From: Escherichia phage REP1
Length of the DNA stretch: 64,000 nt
Reading direction: 5' to 3' (one strand)
Sequence record: OQ174500.1
How positions within the stretch are numbered: position 1 is the first letter of the stretch; each line of letters starts with the position of its first letter. Shown here one piece after another: positions 60,012 to 64,000 of this stretch. The notes beneath the pieces are model-generated. The model saw nothing but the letters and a program-made list of their open reading frames with translations, searched no databases and had not been told where the DNA came from. The position numbers and the translations under genes were made by a program.

Positions 60012-61591
60012 TCTTTTACCTTAATAATGTAGTTTAAAGAAATGTTCCATGGACGTGTTTCATTTCCAATTAATTCGGGACGATTTAATGTATATTTGGA
60101 ATTTCGTTGTGATGCCGGGTCAATTTCATATCCGTCATTGGTGAAGTATGAACGGTTATCCCAGTCAAGTCCTTTACGTGTACCAACAAAATTTGATCTA
60201 CGGGTATTACCGAATGCTCCAGAATCATCATGCTCACCAAATCCGCCAGCATGTTTATGATAAGACATCTGTTGTTTCTGTACTTCACCAACATATCCAC
60301 CAGTACAACCTACACCTAATCTAGGCTTACCAAACTGGTCATTACCATTAACATTTGGATTTGTTAAGTGAGAGCCACGACCAGAGCCGCGAACAAAAAG
60401 ACCACGCATATCAGGTAATCCAGGATTTGATGAACTTCCGCCATATCTTGTTCCAATTCTAGAAGCATATAATGGACAATCTGATGCTGAAACAGTTCCA
60501 CCGTGGCAAAAACGCCAAGCATCACTAGGAAGACTATCAGCGGCCCACATCATAATAGCTCCGACAGGAATAGTTCTATCAATTTCATTTTGTGTTACGA
60601 CACGCTTACCTTGAATATAACCACCGGTCATGTTAACTGTTCCGGTAATATTTGCTCCACCTGAAGCTATTGTAAGCGTGTTATTAATGCGGAGTGTTCC
60701 ATTAATAGTTTGACCGCCTCTTTGATGGATAACGTCAGCATTCCAAGCTAGTGCTGATGAAGCATCACCTCCACTCTGTGAGCCGGCAGTTGTAGTTAAT
60801 TTAACTACGCCTCTCATTGACGTTGTAGAACCACGACCATTAAGAGTTGCACCAGTAACAGCAACAGAAGCATTATTCGAGTTAACTTCTGACTGTGTTC
60901 CTAATTTAATTACGCCTTTATATTCTTCAGTAGCAGATGAATTCATAAACGTATAAGGAGAAATTGCATAGCCTTCTCTTAAAGTTCCCTGACGAACCTG
61001 TGCTACTGTTGCTAATTGAACAACACCTTGGTCCGATTCGGTAGCTGTGGTTTCAGAAGGAGCAATTTGCGCAATTAATTTAATAGCTAACTGCTGCGTT
61101 TTTAATGGAGTCATTGCAGTAGTATCATCTGCACCAGCTAATGCTTGCGGTAGAGATGATAACTTAATAACGCCAAGTGAACTTTCAGAAGAAATTCGTG
61201 TATCAAAAATGTGATTAATTGCTGTAGTAAATTTAGCCGGAGTTATAGATGATTCATTATTAACACCAGCTACAGCTTCATCGTCTGTTGAATAACGTGT
61301 AAGTCCATAAACTTCTTCGGTAGCATTTGGGTATGATAATCTTGTTGCCAACGTTGCTGGTGTAACTGCTTTGGTATTATTAGTTCCATCTATAACTTCC
61401 TGTTCAGTGGCAAGAAATAAAATTCCCTTTGTTGTTGACGATGCATCAGGAACTCCATTTACGCCAGCAGGAGAAATGGCTGCTATAGCAGCCTGAACAT
61501 CAGTAATCTCTTCCGGAAAATTTGTACCAGTTGGATCAAATTTTACATAACGAGATTCATTAGAAACGTGTTGATATGTATTATTACTCAT
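60008..61591 (-). CDS. 12: Short tail fiber gp12
   Basis: 527 aa, equals T4 gp12. Confidence 0.93.
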   Translation of the reverse strand: MSNNTYQHVSNESRYVKFDPTGTNFPEEITDVQAAIAAISPAGVNGVPDASSTTKGILFLATEQEVIDGTNNTKAVTPATLATRLSYPNATEEVYGLTRYSTDDEAVAGVNNESSITPAKFTTAINHIFDTRISSESSLGVIKLSSLPQALAGADDTTAMTPLKTQQLAIKLIAQIAPSETTATESDQGVVQLATVAQVRQGTLREGYAISPYTFMNSSATEEYKGVIKLGTQSEVNSNNASVAVTGATLNGRGSTTSMRGVVKLTTTAGSQSGGDASSALAWNADVIHQRGGQTINGTLRINNTLTIASGGANITGTVNMTGGYIQGKRVVTQNEIDRTIPVGAIMMWAADSLPSDAWRFCHGGTVSASDCPLYASRIGTRYGGSSSNPGLPDMRGLFVRGSGRGSHLTNPNVNGNDQFGKPRLGVGCTGGYVGEVQKQQMSYHKHAGGFGEHDDSGAFGNTRRSNFVGTRKGLDWDNRSYFTNDGYEIDPASQRNSKYTLNRPELIGNETRPWNISLNYIIKVKE

Positions 61592-62247
61592 GCTGTTCTC
61601 TCAAAATGATAAAGTACTGTAGGAGTCTGCTGATTATCTAAAGTTACAGTTTGTGCGCCTAATAAATTCCATGTACCATAGCCAGGTTTAGATTCAGAAA
61701 TAATTTCCTGTGAAATAGTTATTCCATATGTAGAATATGTGCTTAATACATGTTTTTGATTATCTAAATAAGTAACTTCTAATTTACTACCATCTGTCGG
61801 ATGGTCTTTATATGAGTTGATAGCAGTAAATGACGCAATAGCTTCTTGAAGGGCAACACGAACTTTTGCAACAAACTCAATTGCCGTCATTCCAGTTGTT
61901 GCTGAAACTGGAAGACCAAATACTAATACTGTAACAGGAGAACCCGGAGGAAGAGAATCGTCTGTTACAGTTCCAGAAAATGCCCAATAATCAGTTTGAG
62001 AAACACCCTCAGGAGAAACACCAGTTTTATTAGTAATAATTGTACCAACGTCTTTTATAGAAAAATTGTGAACGTCATTAATAGCTGATTCTACGTTTGG
62101 TTCATAAAATCCTTTCGCTAATTGAGAAATTGTCACTGACCCAACTGATTGACGATTCATTACATCTATATTACCAGCTTTAGGTCTAAAACCAAGAAAA
62201 TCGGCTAAGCGGGAAATAACTCCCGCTTTATTATTAAGTAAACTCAT
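61588..62247 (-). CDS. 11: Baseplate wedge / short-fiber connector gp11
   Basis: 219 aa from [20 protein letters not shown]... matches T4 gp11. Confidence 0.9.
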   Translation of the reverse strand: MSLLNNKAGVISRLADFLGFRPKAGNIDVMNRQSVGSVTISQLAKGFYEPNVESAINDVHNFSIKDVGTIITNKTGVSPEGVSQTDYWAFSGTVTDDSLPPGSPVTVLVFGLPVSATTGMTAIEFVAKVRVALQEAIASFTAINSYKDHPTDGSKLEVTYLDNQKHVLSTYSTYGITISQEIISESKPGYGTWNLLGAQTVTLDNQQTPTVLYHFERTA

Positions 62248-64000
62248 TATGCAATCCTTATCCAACGATAAACTGTAATATATGGTTGAATGTTAGTTAT
62301 TGATGTTGGCGGAGTGTGAGTAGAGTTAGTAGATGCTTTAGCTTCACGGTATTTAGTGTAAATTGGACCGGATTCATCTGGATCGTATTGACACCCACCA
62401 ACAATGACTGATCCATTTTCATCAACTATTAGAACTTCTTCATCTGTTTCAGTTGCAGGAAGATTAGCATTTTCCAATGTAACAGAAGTAGAACCACCTG
62501 TTCCACCTGCAGTATGCGAAGGATTTCCGCCAGAATCTAAATCGTTGTTATTTAGAGCAAAATTCGGATCCGAAATATCTTCATTCCATCCAACTAAAAC
62601 TTTTCCTTGCCCAAATAATTTCCATGAGCCGAATCCCATATATGTAACAGGGTTGTTTGGATTAACAGCGTTTTCATATATAGTTCCAATAGGATAAATC
62701 GTATCAAAGATATTTGAAACAGCATTAAATTCGCGTTGATAAGATTGAACTGCTTCTACATTTGGCCAACCAATTTTATCGAAGTCTGTTAAATTTACAT
62801 CACCGGAAATATCTACCCCTGGTCCTTGCGATACATAGAGATTATCAGTTTCATCAATAATCTCATCTTTCGTTAATAATGTACCCAAATCATTATTAAA
62901 CCAGGTGATATTGATAATGTCACCATGCTCAAATACTCTATCGAAATGTAAAATTTCCGGTATGCCGTTTTCATCAGTTTCAACTGAATAATCGGTATGA
63001 GATTGTTCCCAAGTTCCACCTAAAACAGAACATTCTACTTCATCGTCTGAATCGGCACCAACACAATGAAATAACGGCATTCCAACTGTTCCAGCCAATT
63101 CTTGTAAAATTCCATTAAAACGAACCTCAAGAGAGTTAGGATTAATAGGTTCTCCTGGAATTAATCCAAAAGCAGAAAATGGAATTGATTTCATTGTTGA
63201 TAAATCAGTAACGTAAATGCTTCCTTCTAAAGAAGTTTTTGACGTTAATTTTGAATCTAACAATCTAATTTGACGTCTTGTATATGAACTTCTCCACTGC
63301 GATACACCATCCATAAATGTTTCAATTTGAACAGTGTCACCAATATTACAAGGCTGTCTTAATCGAATATTAAATCCATCAAGAGGAACCAGTTCTCCTT
63401 CATTTTCACCTGGAGAGCCAAAATCACTGTTTTCGCTAAACACATCGCCGTAATACAATTCGTTACCACGATGTTTTACTCTGATGTTATTTACATTATA
63501 ACTGGTTCCACGAAAAACATCTAAAAAGTCTGTTTGTCCTTGGACTTCGACTAAAAATTCTTTACGAGCTACATTACTAATGTCTGAACTGGTAATTTTG
63601 TCAATTTGTTTATTTTTGACATATTCCCAACGTCCTGGGGCACAATACACTAATTCTAAATCGCTGAATTGAACATTAATTTCAACTGGTACTGCAGACC
63701 CTTTAATCGTATCTCCGGAAGCAGCTACTAGTGTAACTGGGTTGACGTTCCATGTAGCAAATACGTCTCTAGCTCTAATTACCTTGTTGTAATCATTAAC
63801 TGTGCCCTTTGGAAGATTTATAGTCACTCTTCCAGAAGATGTATTAATAGCGTACGATTTTCCCCATTCTGCTGTTAATGTTTGTCCTGATGAAGCATTA
63901 TAAGTTTTCCAGGCACCGGCTGAATATGGAACATCACCATCACCGAGTTCATAATAAAGCTCATCAAAGTTTTCATTTATTTTTATACCACCTTTACGCA
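62247..64000 (-). CDS. 10: Baseplate wedge subunit gp10, C-terminal ~583 codons (5' end beyond window)
   Basis: Frame is open to window end; ...[35 protein letters not shown]... matches T4 gp10; track start at 63827 is an internal GTG. Confidence 0.9.
   Translation of the reverse strand, partial: RKGGIKINENFDELYYELGDGDVPYSAGAWKTYNASSGQTLTAEWGKSYAINTSSGRVTINLPKGTVNDYNKVIRARDVFATWNVNPVTLVAASGDTIKGSAVPVEINVQFSDLELVYCAPGRWEYVKNKQIDKITSSDISNVARKEFLVEVQGQTDFLDVFRGTSYNVNNIRVKHRGNELYYGDVFSENSDFGSPGENEGELVPLDGFNIRLRQPCNIGDTVQIETFMDGVSQWRSSYTRRQIRLLDSKLTSKTSLEGSIYVTDLSTMKSIPFSAFGLIPGEPINPNSLEVRFNGILQELAGTVGMPLFHCVGADSDDEVECSVLGGTWEQSHTDYSVETDENGIPEILHFDRVFEHGDIINITWFNNDLGTLLTKDEIIDETDNLYVSQGPGVDISGDVNLTDFDKIGWPNVEAVQSYQREFNAVSNIFDTIYPIGTIYENAVNPNNPVTYMGFGSWKLFGQGKVLVGWNEDISDPNFALNNNDLDSGGNPSHTAGGTGGSTSVTLENANLPATETDEEVLIVDENGSVIVGGCQYDPDESGPIYTKYREAKASTNSTHTPPTSITNIQPYITVYRWIRIA

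Noticed and set aside
59533-60024. 163-aa plus-strand ORF inside wac
   Set aside because: Antisense to fibritin coding sequence; no translation signals.

Overview
This window is a contiguous segment of a T4-type (Tevenvirinae, T-even) myovirus genome, in reverse-complement orientation relative to the usual T4 map. It runs from the 5' part of long-tail-fiber gene 34 to the 3' part of baseplate gene 10. Positions ~1.9-30 kb are a plus-strand early/middle block: rnh, dsbA, 33, 59, 32, frd, td, nrdA, nrdB, denA, rnlA, alc, a separated spanin pair, pseT, cd, 31, rIII, the 30.x cluster, DNA ligase and alt. Positions ~30-64 kb are mostly minus-strand late structural genes (54-48-29-28-27-51, 24-23-22-21-68-67-20-19-18-17-16-15-14-13-wac-12-11-10), interrupted by a plus-strand block (26, 25, uvsY, inh, hoc, rnlB). 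Gene calls rest on reading the translations against remembered T4 protein sequences and lengths; no database search was run. No tRNA, rRNA or CRISPR array was seen. Departures from T4 as I remember it: td and nrdB are uninterrupted (no group I introns); no endonuclease ORF sits at the T4 segG, mobE, segD or segE positions; a 115-aa ORF is inserted at the frd/td junction; an HNH endonuclease ORF lies between genes 18 and 19; and alt is followed by a full-length, internally divergent Alt-like paralog. Other observations: a GC-rich island encoding a NADAR/YbiA-like protein (30.3), and a 54-bp near-identical early-promoter cassette present twice. I did not find a clearly undescribed multi-gene system; the candidates above are the loci worth a second look.
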